Positions 48,204 to 57,555 of a DNA stretch of 64,000 nt are shown piece by piece. Below the pieces are notes generated by a model that was not told the DNA's origin, searched no databases, and saw only the letters and a list, made by a program, of their open reading frames with translations. How positions within the stretch are numbered: the first letter of the stretch is position 1; each line of letters opens with the position of its first letter. Location: sequence record KT919972.1; one strand, given 5' to 3'. The position numbers and the translations under genes are program-made.

Positions 48204-49130
48204 ATGTCTATGTTCAAACGCAAATCTCCAGCAAAACTTCAAGAAAAACTAGAGCAAATGTCAAGCAAAAAGTCATTCGACAATGCTGACGAGTGGAAAC
48301 TTTCTACTGACAAGCTTGGTAATGGTTCTGCGGTGATTCGCTTCCTGCCTGCTAAAGGCGAAGACGACCTACCATTTGTAAAAATCTTCACACACGGTTT
48401 CAAAGAAAACGGTAACTGGTACATCGAAAACTGTCCTTCGACTATCGATCTTCCATGTCCATGCTGCCAAGCTAACGGCGAGCTTTGGAAAACTGAAAAC
48501 GAAGATAACCAAAACATTGCACGTAAACGCAAGCGTACTCTTTCTTACTGGGCTAACATCGTTGTAATCAAAGATGAAGCTGCACCAGAAAATGAAGGCA
48601 AAGTTTTCAAATACCGTTTCGGTAAGAAAATTCTTGACAAGATCACTCAAGCTGCTCAAGCAGATGAAGATCTAGGTGTACCGGGCATGGACGTGACTTG
48701 TGTATTCGACGGTGCTAACTTCAGCTTGAAAGCTAAGAAAGTATCTGGTTTCCCTAACTACGACGACTCTAAATTCGGCCCAAGCACTGAGCTATACGGC
48801 GGTGACGAAGCTAAACTGAAAGAAGTCTGGGACCAAATGCACGACCTAAACGCAATCATTGCACCGTCTGCGTTTAAATCTGAAGCTGACCTTCAGAAGC
48901 GTTTTCTTCAAGTGACTGGCGCTGCTCAGTCTAAAGCATCTACGGCTGCTCAAAATCTTGAAGCTCAACTGAACACTGGTGCTCCTGCTCAAGCAAATGC
49001 ACCTCGTACAGTTGCTAAACCAAGCGCAACTATCGACACTGACGACACTCCTGCTTCACAAGAGCCAGTGACTGATTCTGTCGATGACGAGCTAGACGCA
49101 CTACTAGCTGACCTAGAGCTAGACGAGTAA
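48204..49130 (+). CDS. gp32: Single-stranded DNA binding protein gp32
   Basis: EWKL..DK.GNGSAVIRFLP, HGFK.NG.WYIENCPST...CP.C and FKYRFGKKI motifs, with an acidic tail. Confidence 0.98.
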   Translation: MSMFKRKSPAKLQEKLEQMSSKKSFDNADEWKLSTDKLGNGSAVIRFLPAKGEDDLPFVKIFTHGFKENGNWYIENCPSTIDLPCPCCQANGELWKTENEDNQNIARKRKRTLSYWANIVVIKDEAAPENEGKVFKYRFGKKILDKITQAAQADEDLGVPGMDVTCVFDGANFSLKAKKVSGFPNYDDSKFGPSTELYGGDEAKLKEVWDQMHDLNAIIAPSAFKSEADLQKRFLQVTGAAQSKASTAAQNLEAQLNTGAPAQANAPRTVAKPSATIDTDDTPASQEPVTDSVDDELDALLADLELDE

Positions 49131-49136
49131 TGATTT

Positions 49137-49158
49137 AAAGGGGCTTAATTGCCCCTTT
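49137..49158 (+). terminator. Terminator after gene 32
   Basis: AAAGGGGC-ttaatt-GCCCCTTT. Confidence 0.8.
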
Positions 49159-49179
49159 GTTCTCTTTATAGGAGATTAA

Positions 49180-49725
49180 ATGAAAGTTCAAATCGTTTTC
49201 GCTCACGGTATGAGTAAATCCCCGCACGCGCCCTTCGGCAATCAAAACAAACTCCCTTGGAAACATAACAAAGAAGACTTGGCTCGATTTAAAGCAGTTA
49301 CTATGAATAGCGTGCTTGTAATGGGCTCTAAGACATTCGAATCACTTCCCGGTAAACTAGCAGACCGCCCGCACGTTGTGCTCAGTAGCAGCGATACAGC
49401 AACTGCAAAAAACGGTCAAAAAGCCGATGTTTACTGCAAGTGTGACTCCTTTCAAGACCTGATTAAGAACATCGAAAATGTTTATCTGATAGAAGGTTTT
49501 GATAAAATAAGTGTTATCGGTGGCCCTAGTGTTATCGAGTCTGCATTACCTTTTGCAGACCACATATATAAAACTACAATCGTTGATGAAATCGAAGCGT
49601 ACGACGTTACGATTGATTTAACTAAAATTTTCTGGTATTTCCCACACAACGGGGAATCAGAGATCGTCGAATGCCAGAACGGCTCTACGATTTTCATCGA
49701 AAAGTTAACAAAGGGTGACTTATGA
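49180..49725 (+). CDS. frd: Dihydrofolate reductase
   Basis: FGNQNKLPWK.NKEDLARFK, VMGSKTFESLP..L..R and VIGG motifs. Confidence 0.95.
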   Translation: MKVQIVFAHGMSKSPHAPFGNQNKLPWKHNKEDLARFKAVTMNSVLVMGSKTFESLPGKLADRPHVVLSSSDTATAKNGQKADVYCKCDSFQDLIKNIENVYLIEGFDKISVIGGPSVIESALPFADHIYKTTIVDEIEAYDVTIDLTKIFWYFPHNGESEIVECQNGSTIFIEKLTKGDL

Positions 49726-50438
49726 TTTTTAAAAATAACATTGGATGGTACGCAGGGGCTGGTTCTGTACGTCATGATTTCTACATCAACGGTGCGATTG
49801 AAGAGCCGAATGATTATGAAGAAATGCTTCAAATTCTGCATACGGCGTCCGAAACAGACGTGATTTACTTGCACTTGAATACACCTGGTGGCAACTTCTA
49901 TGCTGCATGTCAAATCTGTGATGCAATTATGCAATCTAAAGCAGGTGCAGTCATCGCGTGCGCAGAGGGTGAAGTGTGCAGCGCAGGTACAATGATTTTC
50001 TTAGCTTGTAATGGTTGGCACGTATCCCCATTTGCAACGTTCATGTTCCATACATCGAGCGGCGGTCAAATTGGTAAAATGCCAGACACGTTGAAACAAG
50101 CTAAATCTCACGAAGAGCATTTAAACCGCGTATGTGGTCTTCTTTATGAACCGTTCTTTGATGCTGACGAGATCGACGAAATCATCAACCATAACCAAGA
50201 CTTATGGCTGACGCCAGAAGAGGTTACAGAACGTCTTCAAGAAATGTCGAAGAAGTTCGAAGATGAAATGAAAGAAGCTGAAGCTCAACTTGCAGGTGAC
50301 ATTGAATCTCAACTTGAAGAACAGATTCAAGAGCGCGTAGCTGAAGAGCTTCGCAAACTAAAGGTCGACCCTGAAGATGAAGAAGTTGAAGATGAGCCCG
50401 TAAAGCCAAAACGCAAGCGTGCTGCAAAGAAAGCTTAA
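49722..50438 (+). CDS. ClpP-like serine protease with acidic coiled-coil and basic tail
   Basis: IYLHLNTPGG, EVCSAGTMIFLA (catalytic Ser), FMFH (His) and DLWLTPEE motifs. Confidence 0.85.
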   Translation: MIFKNNIGWYAGAGSVRHDFYINGAIEEPNDYEEMLQILHTASETDVIYLHLNTPGGNFYAACQICDAIMQSKAGAVIACAEGEVCSAGTMIFLACNGWHVSPFATFMFHTSSGGQIGKMPDTLKQAKSHEEHLNRVCGLLYEPFFDADEIDEIINHNQDLWLTPEEVTERLQEMSKKFEDEMKEAEAQLAGDIESQLEEQIQERVAEELRKLKVDPEDEEVEDEPVKPKRKRAAKKA

Positions 50439-50504
50439 TTTAATCTCAGTTGTAATTTAAGGGGTAGCATTTTGCTGCTCCTTTCTTAGTTAGAAGGTAA
50501 AATA

Positions 50505-51605
50505 ATGTCAGATTTAATGAAATCGTTGAAAAAATCAAGCACATCTGGTTACGCGCAAGTGTTATCAGAAAGTCAGTTTATGTTCGAAAAAGATCATACA
50601 CGTACTTACGTGCCTGCGATTAACATTGCTTTTAGTGGTGAAGTAGATGGTGGTTTAACTTCTGGGTTGACAGTACTAGCGGGCCCGTCAAAGCACTTTA
50701 AATCGAACTTGGGTCTAGTTGGCGTAGCTGCTTACTTGAAGAAATACCCTGAGGCAATTTGTGTATTCATTGATACAGAATTCGGTATCACACCGTCTTA
50801 TTTGCGCTCACAAGGTGTTGACCCAGACCGTGTTCTTCATATACAATGTGAGAGCGTTGAGCGTATGAAATTCGAAATGGCGAATCAGCTTAAAGACCTT
50901 GCAGAACGTAAGCGAGCTAAGAAAGCGGGTGACGAACCAGACCGCGTAATTTTCTTTATTGACTCGGTAGGTAACGTTGCTTCTGCAAAAGAAATCGATG
51001 ACGCGCAAAACGAAAAGTCAGTTGCTGATATGTCTCGTGCGAAACAATTGAAATCATTGTTCCGTATCATCACACCATATTTCACAATGCTCGATATTCC
51101 TTGTATCGCGATCAACCACACGTATCAAACTCAAGAAATGTACTCTAAAACTGTCATGTCTGGCGGTACGGGTATCATGTACTCTGCTGATACGGTAATC
51201 ATTCTCGGTAAACAGCAAGAAAAAGACGGCAAAGAGATTGTCGGATATCACTTCATTATGAATATCGAGAAATCACGTTTCGTGAAAGAGAAGATGAAAG
51301 TTCCGTTGACAGTTACATACGAAAACGGTATCGATATGTTCTCTGGTCTACTTGATATTGCACTTCAAACCGGTCATGTTGTTAAACCATCTAATGGTTG
51401 GTATCAACGTGCAACTGTTGATGAAGAAACTGGCGAAATGATCGTCGAAGAAAAGAAATATCGAGCGAAAGAAACACAAACGCTTTCTTTCTGGAAAGAC
51501 ATCATCAATTCACCGACTTTCAAAGAAGGCGTGAAACGACTTTACTGCTTAGGTCAGTTAGACGAGTCTGAATTGAATGATGAAATCGATAGCTTATTCG
51601 ATTAA
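50505..51605 (+). CDS. uvsX: UvsX RecA-like recombinase
   Basis: LAGPSKHFKS, FIDTEFG, IDSVGN and MSGGTGIMYSAD motifs. Confidence 0.98.
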   Translation: MSDLMKSLKKSSTSGYAQVLSESQFMFEKDHTRTYVPAINIAFSGEVDGGLTSGLTVLAGPSKHFKSNLGLVGVAAYLKKYPEAICVFIDTEFGITPSYLRSQGVDPDRVLHIQCESVERMKFEMANQLKDLAERKRAKKAGDEPDRVIFFIDSVGNVASAKEIDDAQNEKSVADMSRAKQLKSLFRIITPYFTMLDIPCIAINHTYQTQEMYSKTVMSGGTGIMYSADTVIILGKQQEKDGKEIVGYHFIMNIEKSRFVKEKMKVPLTVTYENGIDMFSGLLDIALQTGHVVKPSNGWYQRATVDEETGEMIVEEKKYRAKETQTLSFWKDIINSPTFKEGVKRLYCLGQLDESELNDEIDSLFD

Positions 51606-51612
51606 CGATACT

Positions 51613-51637
51613 GGCCCGCTTAATTGCGGGTCTTTTT
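51613..51637 (+). terminator. Terminator after uvsX
   Basis: GGCCCGC-ttaatt-GCGGGTC followed by T5. Confidence 0.8.
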
Positions 51638-51659
51638 CACCTTAGACGGGACGAATCGT

Positions 51660-51962
51660 ATGACTCCGAACCAAGTAACAGAAATGCTAACCGAGCTTCA
51701 AGAGCGCGTGAAATTTAGTATAATGATTGACGATATTGAAGTTTATATTACTGACATTCTAGTAGATAATAGCGGCAGACTCAAAATTGAATTTGTAACT
51801 CAACATCCAGACAAAGAAGAACAAATTCGTCCGCATGTTGAGGCGTGTATTATGAAACTTATTCGTGAAGAACAGAACAAGAATGGGGTAAAAGAACAAT
51901 GCAAATCGAGAAGTCGATTTTCTCAAATCTTATCGAAAATCAAGAGTACTTTGCTACCGTAA
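51660..51962 (+). CDS. gp40: Head vertex assembly chaperone gp40
   Basis: VYITDI...IEF...IRPHVEACI resembles T4 gp40 (APHVEKCI). Lies between uvsX and 41; start uncertain. Confidence 0.8.
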   Translation: MTPNQVTEMLTELQERVKFSIMIDDIEVYITDILVDNSGRLKIEFVTQHPDKEEQIRPHVEACIMKLIREEQNKNGVKEQCKSRSRFSQILSKIKSTLLP

Positions 51963-53299
51963 TCCCTCACTTGAAAAAAGAATACTTTCAGTCAACTGCT
52001 CATCAGCATATCTTTATGATGATTAAGAACCACGCAGACGAGTACAAACGTCGTGCGACACCTGAAGTTTTGAAAGTATGTCTTGAGTCATTGACAGGGA
52101 TTAGTGAATACGACTATGCAGAGATACAACAAACAATAAATGAACTAGAAGCTCACCCGAGTCACGACCTGAGATGGTTGATTGACACGACTGAACAGTT
52201 CTGTATCGAACAGAGCGTTTTTAACGCGCTTAGTGAATCACTTGCTATTCAAGAGAATGCAGCTAAACCACTTGATCAACAAAACAAACGAATGAAAACG
52301 CTTGGTGCGATTCCCGATTTGATGCGTGATGCATTGAACGTTTGTTTTGACACATCAGTTGGTCATGATTATTTTGCAGATTGGGAACCTCGATACAAAT
52401 CGTATATCGAGAAAGCAGCAAAAATCCCATTCAAAATGAACATTTTAAACAAGATCACTCAAGGTGGTGTTGAAAGAAGTACTCTGAACCTACTTCTAGC
52501 GGGTTCTAACGTGGGTAAATCACTTGCGTTGTGTCATTTAGCAACTGAGTATCTTCTACAAGGCTACAACGTTCTATACATCAGTATGGAAATGAGTGAA
52601 GCGGCAGTGTCGAAGCGTATTGATGCCAACTTAATGGACATCAGTATGGACGATTTCGATACTATTACTGAAAAAACATACGGCACTAAGATTCAGAATC
52701 TTGAGAAGAAAACTCAAGGTAAATTATTCATTAAACAGTTCCCGACTGCGGGCGCGAATGTAACTCACTTCAATACGTTGATGAATGAGCTTCGCACCAA
52801 GAAAGACGTAATCCCAGACATTGTGATTGTCGATTATCTTGGTATCTGTGCAAGTTCACGTGTTGCAAGTTCAGAAAATACATACGTTCACGTTAAAGCT
52901 ATTGCTGAAGAAATTCGTGGTTTTGCTGTTGAACATAACGTTGCTGTTTGGTCTGCTGCTCAGACTACACGTAACGCATGGGATGCAAGTGACATGGGAA
53001 TGGGTGATATTGCTGAATCGGCTGGTCTTGCTCATACTGCTGACTTGATTCTCGGTATTATGGAAACTGAAGAAACTGTCGCGCTCGGGCAACAACGAGT
53101 GAAACAGATTAAGTCTCGTTATGCTGACCGTAACCAAGACCAGACATTTATGATTGCTGTTAACAAAGGTAAACAACGTTGGGGTGATGTAGATGGTACT
53201 GCGAGTTATACGGCGCCTGCTCAATCTCAAACGCAATCGGCGACTCCTTTCGCGCAGAAGAAAGAACAGACGCAGAAAGCAGAGGCGGTAAATTGGTAG
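51899..53299 (+). CDS. gp41: Replicative helicase gp41
   Basis: LLAGSNVGKS, YISMEM, IVIVDYLGIC, WSAAQTTR and IAESAGL motifs. Confidence 0.98.
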   Translation: MQIEKSIFSNLIENQEYFATVIPHLKKEYFQSTAHQHIFMMIKNHADEYKRRATPEVLKVCLESLTGISEYDYAEIQQTINELEAHPSHDLRWLIDTTEQFCIEQSVFNALSESLAIQENAAKPLDQQNKRMKTLGAIPDLMRDALNVCFDTSVGHDYFADWEPRYKSYIEKAAKIPFKMNILNKITQGGVERSTLNLLLAGSNVGKSLALCHLATEYLLQGYNVLYISMEMSEAAVSKRIDANLMDISMDDFDTITEKTYGTKIQNLEKKTQGKLFIKQFPTAGANVTHFNTLMNELRTKKDVIPDIVIVDYLGICASSRVASSENTYVHVKAIAEEIRGFAVEHNVAVWSAAQTTRNAWDASDMGMGDIAESAGLAHTADLILGIMETEETVALGQQRVKQIKSRYADRNQDQTFMIAVNKGKQRWGDVDGTASYTAPAQSQTQSATPFAQKKEQTQKAEAVNW

Positions 53300-53538
53300 A
53301 GATTATCGGGTCAAAATATTGTTTAGCTTGTCGCAAATTGTGCGACTCGCTAAATGATAGAAACATTAAACATATTTTTTATGACGCATTTGTTCCTAGT
53401 GAACGCTATAAAGAACTTCAGAAAATCGCTGAAGATGATGGTTATATTGCCCACCCAATAGCGTTTTACAATGGCGAATGTCTAGGCGAGGGTGTGAGCG
53501 TCTTATCTCGCATCGACAAATTGTTAGAAGAGGAATGA
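53293..53538 (+). CDS. nrdH: Glutaredoxin-like protein (NrdH-like)
   Basis: CLAC active site and HPIAFYNGECLG cis-Pro motif. Upstream of nrdD. Confidence 0.78.
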   Translation: MVEIIGSKYCLACRKLCDSLNDRNIKHIFYDAFVPSERYKELQKIAEDDGYIAHPIAFYNGECLGEGVSVLSRIDKLLEEE

Positions 53539-55374
53539 ATGAAACACGACATTTTAGACATTGTTAGCGGTTCGGGTAACAACAAAGAGAATGCAAATAA
53601 AGATTCGAAAGTAATCCCTACAATGCGTGACTTAGTAGCTGGCACAGTGTCGAAACATTACGCACTTGAAGACTATCTACCGAAGCATATTGCAGATGCA
53701 CATATCGACGGCGATATTCATTTTCATGACCTTGACTACAGTCCATTATTCCCGCAATTCAACTGTATGCTTATTGATATCAAAGGCATGTTTGAAGGCG
53801 GCTTCAAAATGGGTAATGCTGAAATCGAAGAACCAAACAGTATTAGCACTGCTGCCACTGTTGTAACTCAGATTATTCAGCAAGTAAGTAGCCATATCTA
53901 CGGCGGTAACACGATCAATAGAATCGACGAAGTCCTAGCACCTTATGTTCGTAAGTCATATTATAAATGGCTCGAAGTAGGTCGCGAAGAACATCCCGAC
54001 TCTGATTCTAAAGCTGCTATCTTTGCACGAAAGCGTGTTGAAAAGGAAACGTTCGATGCATTCCAGACGTTTGAATATCAAGTCAATACGATGCAGACTT
54101 CAAACGGTCAGACACCATTCACGACAATCAACTTCGGGTTAGGTACGTCGTGGGAAGAAAAACTTATTCAAAAAAGTATTCTTCAGAATCGTATTGCAGG
54201 TCTAGGTAAGACTAAGAAAACTGCTATTTTCCCTAAGCTTGTTTTCACATTGAGAGACGGCGTGAACCTAAAAGAAGGCGACCCGTGCTACGGCATCAAA
54301 AAGTTAGCTCTTGAATGTGCAAGTAAGCGTATGTACCCAGACATTTTGAACTATGACAAACTAGTTGAAACGACTGGTGGGTTTAAGTCTCCAATGGGCT
54401 GTCGCTCATTCTTGGGTGACTGGAAGAACGAAGATGGTGAAACGGTATTCGATGGTCGTAATAACTTAGGCGTCGTCTCAATCAATATCCCGCGTATTGC
54501 TATTGAAGCATCGGGTGATACTGAACGCTTCTTCGAGATCTTACACGAGCGTTGTACACTAGCTTACGAAGCATTGATGTTGCGTATTAAGCGTTTTGAT
54601 GATGTAACTGCATCAGTTGCTCCGATTCTATACTGTGAAGGTGCAATGGGCGTGCGCTTGAAGCCAACTGATAAAGTCAGTGAAGTTTTCAAACACGGTC
54701 GTTCAAGTATCTCGCTTGGTTATATCGGGTTACACGAAGCAGTAACGTTGCTTTCGCCAGATAAAGACATGCATACGTTTGAGTCACAGCACAAACAATT
54801 CCTCGCTGAAAAGATTGTGGAAACTCTTAGAGCGTACACCGATGCATGGAAAGAACTGACGGGCTACGGTTTCAGTCTGTACAGTACACCAAGTGAATCG
54901 CTGTGTGATCGTTTCTGTCGTCTCGACCAAGAGAAATACGGTGTCATTACAGGTATCAATGACAAAGACTATTACACAAACTCGTTTCACTTAGACGTGT
55001 TCAAGAAAGTTAACCCATTTGAGAAAATTGATTTTGAAGCTGCATACCCAATTCATGCAAACGGTGGTTTCATCTGTTATGCTGAGTTCCCGAATATGCG
55101 AGATAACATCAAAGGTCTAGAGCGCGTATGGGATTATGCTTACACTAAAGTAGCTTACTTCGGTACGAATACCCCGATTGATCAGTGTACGTGTGGTTGG
55201 TCTGGTGAAGCTCATGGTGATTCGCTGGGTTATTCTTGTCCTGTTTGTGGTGAACGCGACCCCGAAAAGCTCAATGTAACGAGACGTGTCTGCGGTTATC
55301 TCGGTAACCCGGGTGCTCGTGGTTGGAATCACGGCAAGACTGTCGAAATGCAAAATCGAGTTAAACACTGTTAA
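53539..55374 (+). CDS. nrdD: Anaerobic ribonucleotide reductase (class III)
   Basis: KENANKD, HFHDLD, FNCML, SPMGCRSF, NLGVVSIN and RRVCGYL glycyl-radical motifs. Uninterrupted. Confidence 0.98.
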   Translation: MKHDILDIVSGSGNNKENANKDSKVIPTMRDLVAGTVSKHYALEDYLPKHIADAHIDGDIHFHDLDYSPLFPQFNCMLIDIKGMFEGGFKMGNAEIEEPNSISTAATVVTQIIQQVSSHIYGGNTINRIDEVLAPYVRKSYYKWLEVGREEHPDSDSKAAIFARKRVEKETFDAFQTFEYQVNTMQTSNGQTPFTTINFGLGTSWEEKLIQKSILQNRIAGLGKTKKTAIFPKLVFTLRDGVNLKEGDPCYGIKKLALECASKRMYPDILNYDKLVETTGGFKSPMGCRSFLGDWKNEDGETVFDGRNNLGVVSINIPRIAIEASGDTERFFEILHERCTLAYEALMLRIKRFDDVTASVAPILYCEGAMGVRLKPTDKVSEVFKHGRSSISLGYIGLHEAVTLLSPDKDMHTFESQHKQFLAEKIVETLRAYTDAWKELTGYGFSLYSTPSESLCDRFCRLDQEKYGVITGINDKDYYTNSFHLDVFKKVNPFEKIDFEAAYPIHANGGFICYAEFPNMRDNIKGLERVWDYAYTKVAYFGTNTPIDQCTCGWSGEAHGDSLGYSCPVCGERDPEKLNVTRRVCGYLGNPGARGWNHGKTVEMQNRVKHC

Positions 55375-55375
55375 G

Positions 55376-55399
55376 AAAGCGCCTTCGGGCGCTTTTTTT
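55376..55399 (+). terminator. Terminator after nrdD
   Basis: GCGCC-TTCG-GGCGC followed by T7. Confidence 0.92.
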
Positions 55400-55420
55400 G
55401 TTTTTTGACGAAGAAAAAGG

Positions 55421-55449
55421 TTGCAACACGAATCATAAGTGCGTAATAT
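55421..55449 (+). promoter_or_regulatory. Sigma70-type early promoter
   Basis: TTGCAA-17 bp-TAATAT with an upstream A-tract. Confidence 0.8.
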
Positions 55450-55492
55450 TAACTTCATCGAGACGACATCGACTAACAGAGAGAGAAACATT

Positions 55493-55909
55493 ATGCTATA
55501 CATCAACTTGACAACTTGCAGCGTTATCGACGAACACTCAGTAGCTGAACAGTGGCGCCAAGAGGGTCACACTGTTGAATCTCGTAGAGATTGGAAAACA
55601 TTAGAGCGAGTTACTGAAGTCTGCAACATGCTCGACCAAGATCTATACATGGTTGTGGACGCAGGTTCAGGTTGCTTGCCGCGCTTTGACATTATCAAAA
55701 AGCCACGTGTAGGTGATTCAGTTAGCTATTGTTTCAATGGTGACAGTCATCCCGACGGTGTAATCACGAAGATTTCAAAAACAATGAAGATGATCACGAC
55801 ATCAACGGGTGGCAAATACTATCGCCGTAAGTTGTCTGGTCAATGGGTTCGGGGCGGCTGTTGGACGTTAGTACATGGTCACACGTCTAAAATAAATTGG
55901 GAGTTTTAA
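55493..55909 (+). CDS. Hypothetical early protein
   Basis: Start ATG 55493 follows a GAGAG SD downstream of the promoter. 138 aa. Confidence 0.75.
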   Translation: MLYINLTTCSVIDEHSVAEQWRQEGHTVESRRDWKTLERVTEVCNMLDQDLYMVVDAGSGCLPRFDIIKKPRVGDSVSYCFNGDSHPDGVITKISKTMKMITTSTGGKYYRRKLSGQWVRGGCWTLVHGHTSKINWEF

Positions 55910-55910
55910 A

Positions 55911-56510
55911 ATGTTTACGCAAAAAGAACGAAGAATACCTACATACACGCCGACAGCTTTAGAAATTGGTAAAGATGTTAGAGTATACGTCGAACCAATG
56001 AGTAGCAGCTTGAGTTTAAGTGCGAGTGATACTATAGATGCTCGATTTATATATCAAGACGAAACTGGCGACTGTGTTTTGTATGATTATATGAGTTCTT
56101 TGACGTTTATTGTTCAAGGCGGTCGAGTCAGCGATAATTCTAGCTTTGGTATCATTTCACGTTTTGAAGAACGAGAAACGTTTCAAGAATTGTTTAATCA
56201 CGACGGTGTGCTGTCATACAATAAAGAAACGATTGAAACGAAGATGGAATATGTTCGTATCAACGAAGGTGACACGATTGACGTATACTTGAACTGTCAA
56301 TTCGAGCCGAGACAAGAAGAAGCAACAGTTGTGTTTTGTAATGATGATTTCATCACAGTTGTTGCAGATGATGTACCGTTTACATTTTCTCGACGCGAAG
56401 CTATGAACAAAAATATTGTTCATGTATCGAATGATGGTATCAAAAAATCTTGTCGGCTCAATATTGATGTTTTTGCGGGATGGCAGGTAAGTGAAGTATC
56501 AGAAGATTAA
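55911..56510 (+). CDS. Hypothetical protein
   Basis: 199 aa with GGAG SD, coupled to both neighbours. Confidence 0.75.
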   Translation: MFTQKERRIPTYTPTALEIGKDVRVYVEPMSSSLSLSASDTIDARFIYQDETGDCVLYDYMSSLTFIVQGGRVSDNSSFGIISRFEERETFQELFNHDGVLSYNKETIETKMEYVRINEGDTIDVYLNCQFEPRQEEATVVFCNDDFITVVADDVPFTFSRREAMNKNIVHVSNDGIKKSCRLNIDVFAGWQVSEVSED

Positions 56511-56967
56511 CGAATTTGATTTTGCAAACGGCGAAGGTGTTCGATTGAGCATCTTCGTTTCTGGTTGTGAGCATCGCTGTAAGGGCTGCTACAACGAATC
56601 TACGTGGGACTCGAACGATGGTATCGATTTCACTGAAGAAACGCTTAGAGACGTTTTGACGAGCTTAGAGCAGCACGATGGGTTGAGTCTTTCGGGAGGT
56701 GACCCGTTGCACCCGAGCAATCGCGACGAAATATTGCGTATTTGTAAATCAGTGAAAGAGCGATATCCCGATAAAGATATTTGGTTGTGGAGCGGTTACA
56801 AATTATCTCATGTTTATCATTTAGAGATAATGAATTATATTGATGTTTTCATTGATGGTCGGTACAAGAGACATCAACCGACGCAGAAAGCGTGGCGCGG
56901 CTCTGATAATCAAATCTTGTACGTTCGGGTAAATGATGAAATGGTTATTGATAAAGAGAGAAATTAA
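56491..56967 (+). CDS. nrdG: Anaerobic RNR activating enzyme (radical SAM)
   Basis: NGEGVRLSIFVSGCEHRCKGCYN, GLSLSGGDPL and WRGSDNQ motifs. Confidence 0.97.
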   Translation: MKYQKINEFDFANGEGVRLSIFVSGCEHRCKGCYNESTWDSNDGIDFTEETLRDVLTSLEQHDGLSLSGGDPLHPSNRDEILRICKSVKERYPDKDIWLWSGYKLSHVYHLEIMNYIDVFIDGRYKRHQPTQKAWRGSDNQILYVRVNDEMVIDKERN

Positions 56968-57491
56968 TGAGTTGTGTTTGGATTACAAGTGATCTGCATT
57001 TAGGTCACAAAAATATTGGTAAGTTTCGGGATGACATTGAAGACACTCAAGCGAATACCGACTGGATTGTTGACTTCTGGTTGAAGAACGTTCGCAAGCG
57101 TGACACTGTGATTATGCTTGGTGATACTGCATTTACTGAAGAAGCTGTTGGAATTCTTGCTGGTTTGCCGGGTCGTAAAGTACAATATGGCGGGAATCAT
57201 GACGATCTTCCTGTTTCAAGCTACATGCGTGCGTTTGACGTGATTCGCGGTTGTGAAAAGTACAAAAAGTTGGGTTGGTTGAGTCATTTTCCATTACACC
57301 CCGATGAACTGCGTGGTCATTTCAGCATTCACGGGCACGTGCATTACGCAACGATTGATGACTATCGTTACGTGAACGTTTGTTGTGATAACTTGCAGCG
57401 TAACATCGGTCAGCCGATGATTCGTTTAACTGATCTGCGACAACTTCTTGACAAACGTCGTGAGTCCAAAGAGGTAAGTTACGACTTCTAA
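56967..57491 (+). CDS. Calcineurin-like metallophosphoesterase
   Basis: SDLHLGH, LGD, GNHD, SHFP and IHGHVH motifs. Confidence 0.9.
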   Translation: MSCVWITSDLHLGHKNIGKFRDDIEDTQANTDWIVDFWLKNVRKRDTVIMLGDTAFTEEAVGILAGLPGRKVQYGGNHDDLPVSSYMRAFDVIRGCEKYKKLGWLSHFPLHPDELRGHFSIHGHVHYATIDDYRYVNVCCDNLQRNIGQPMIRLTDLRQLLDKRRESKEVSYDF

Positions 57492-57504
57492 GTGGTAGTC
57501 TATC

Positions 57505-57553
57505 TGCATGAACATCTAAATACTGGTATGGTATTAAAGATGGTGTTCATGCA
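57505..57553 (+). promoter_or_regulatory. TCTAAATA promoter (57515-57522) inside a 10-bp hairpin overlapping the RBS of ORF 57556
   Basis: TGCATGAACA (57505-57514) is the exact reverse complement of TGTTCATGCA (57544-57553). ATG at 57556. Confidence 0.72.
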
Positions 57554-57555
57554 CT

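Noticed and set aside
22946-51637. Recurring GC-TTAATT-GC hairpins at 22946, 49137 and 51613 as a mobile repeat
   Set aside because: They are short stems after stop codons, explained as intrinsic terminators sharing a loop sequence.
53539-55374. Possible group I intron or intein in nrdD (T4 has one)
   Set aside because: The ORF is continuous, at a length expected for an ATP-cone-less NrdD, with all motifs in one frame.
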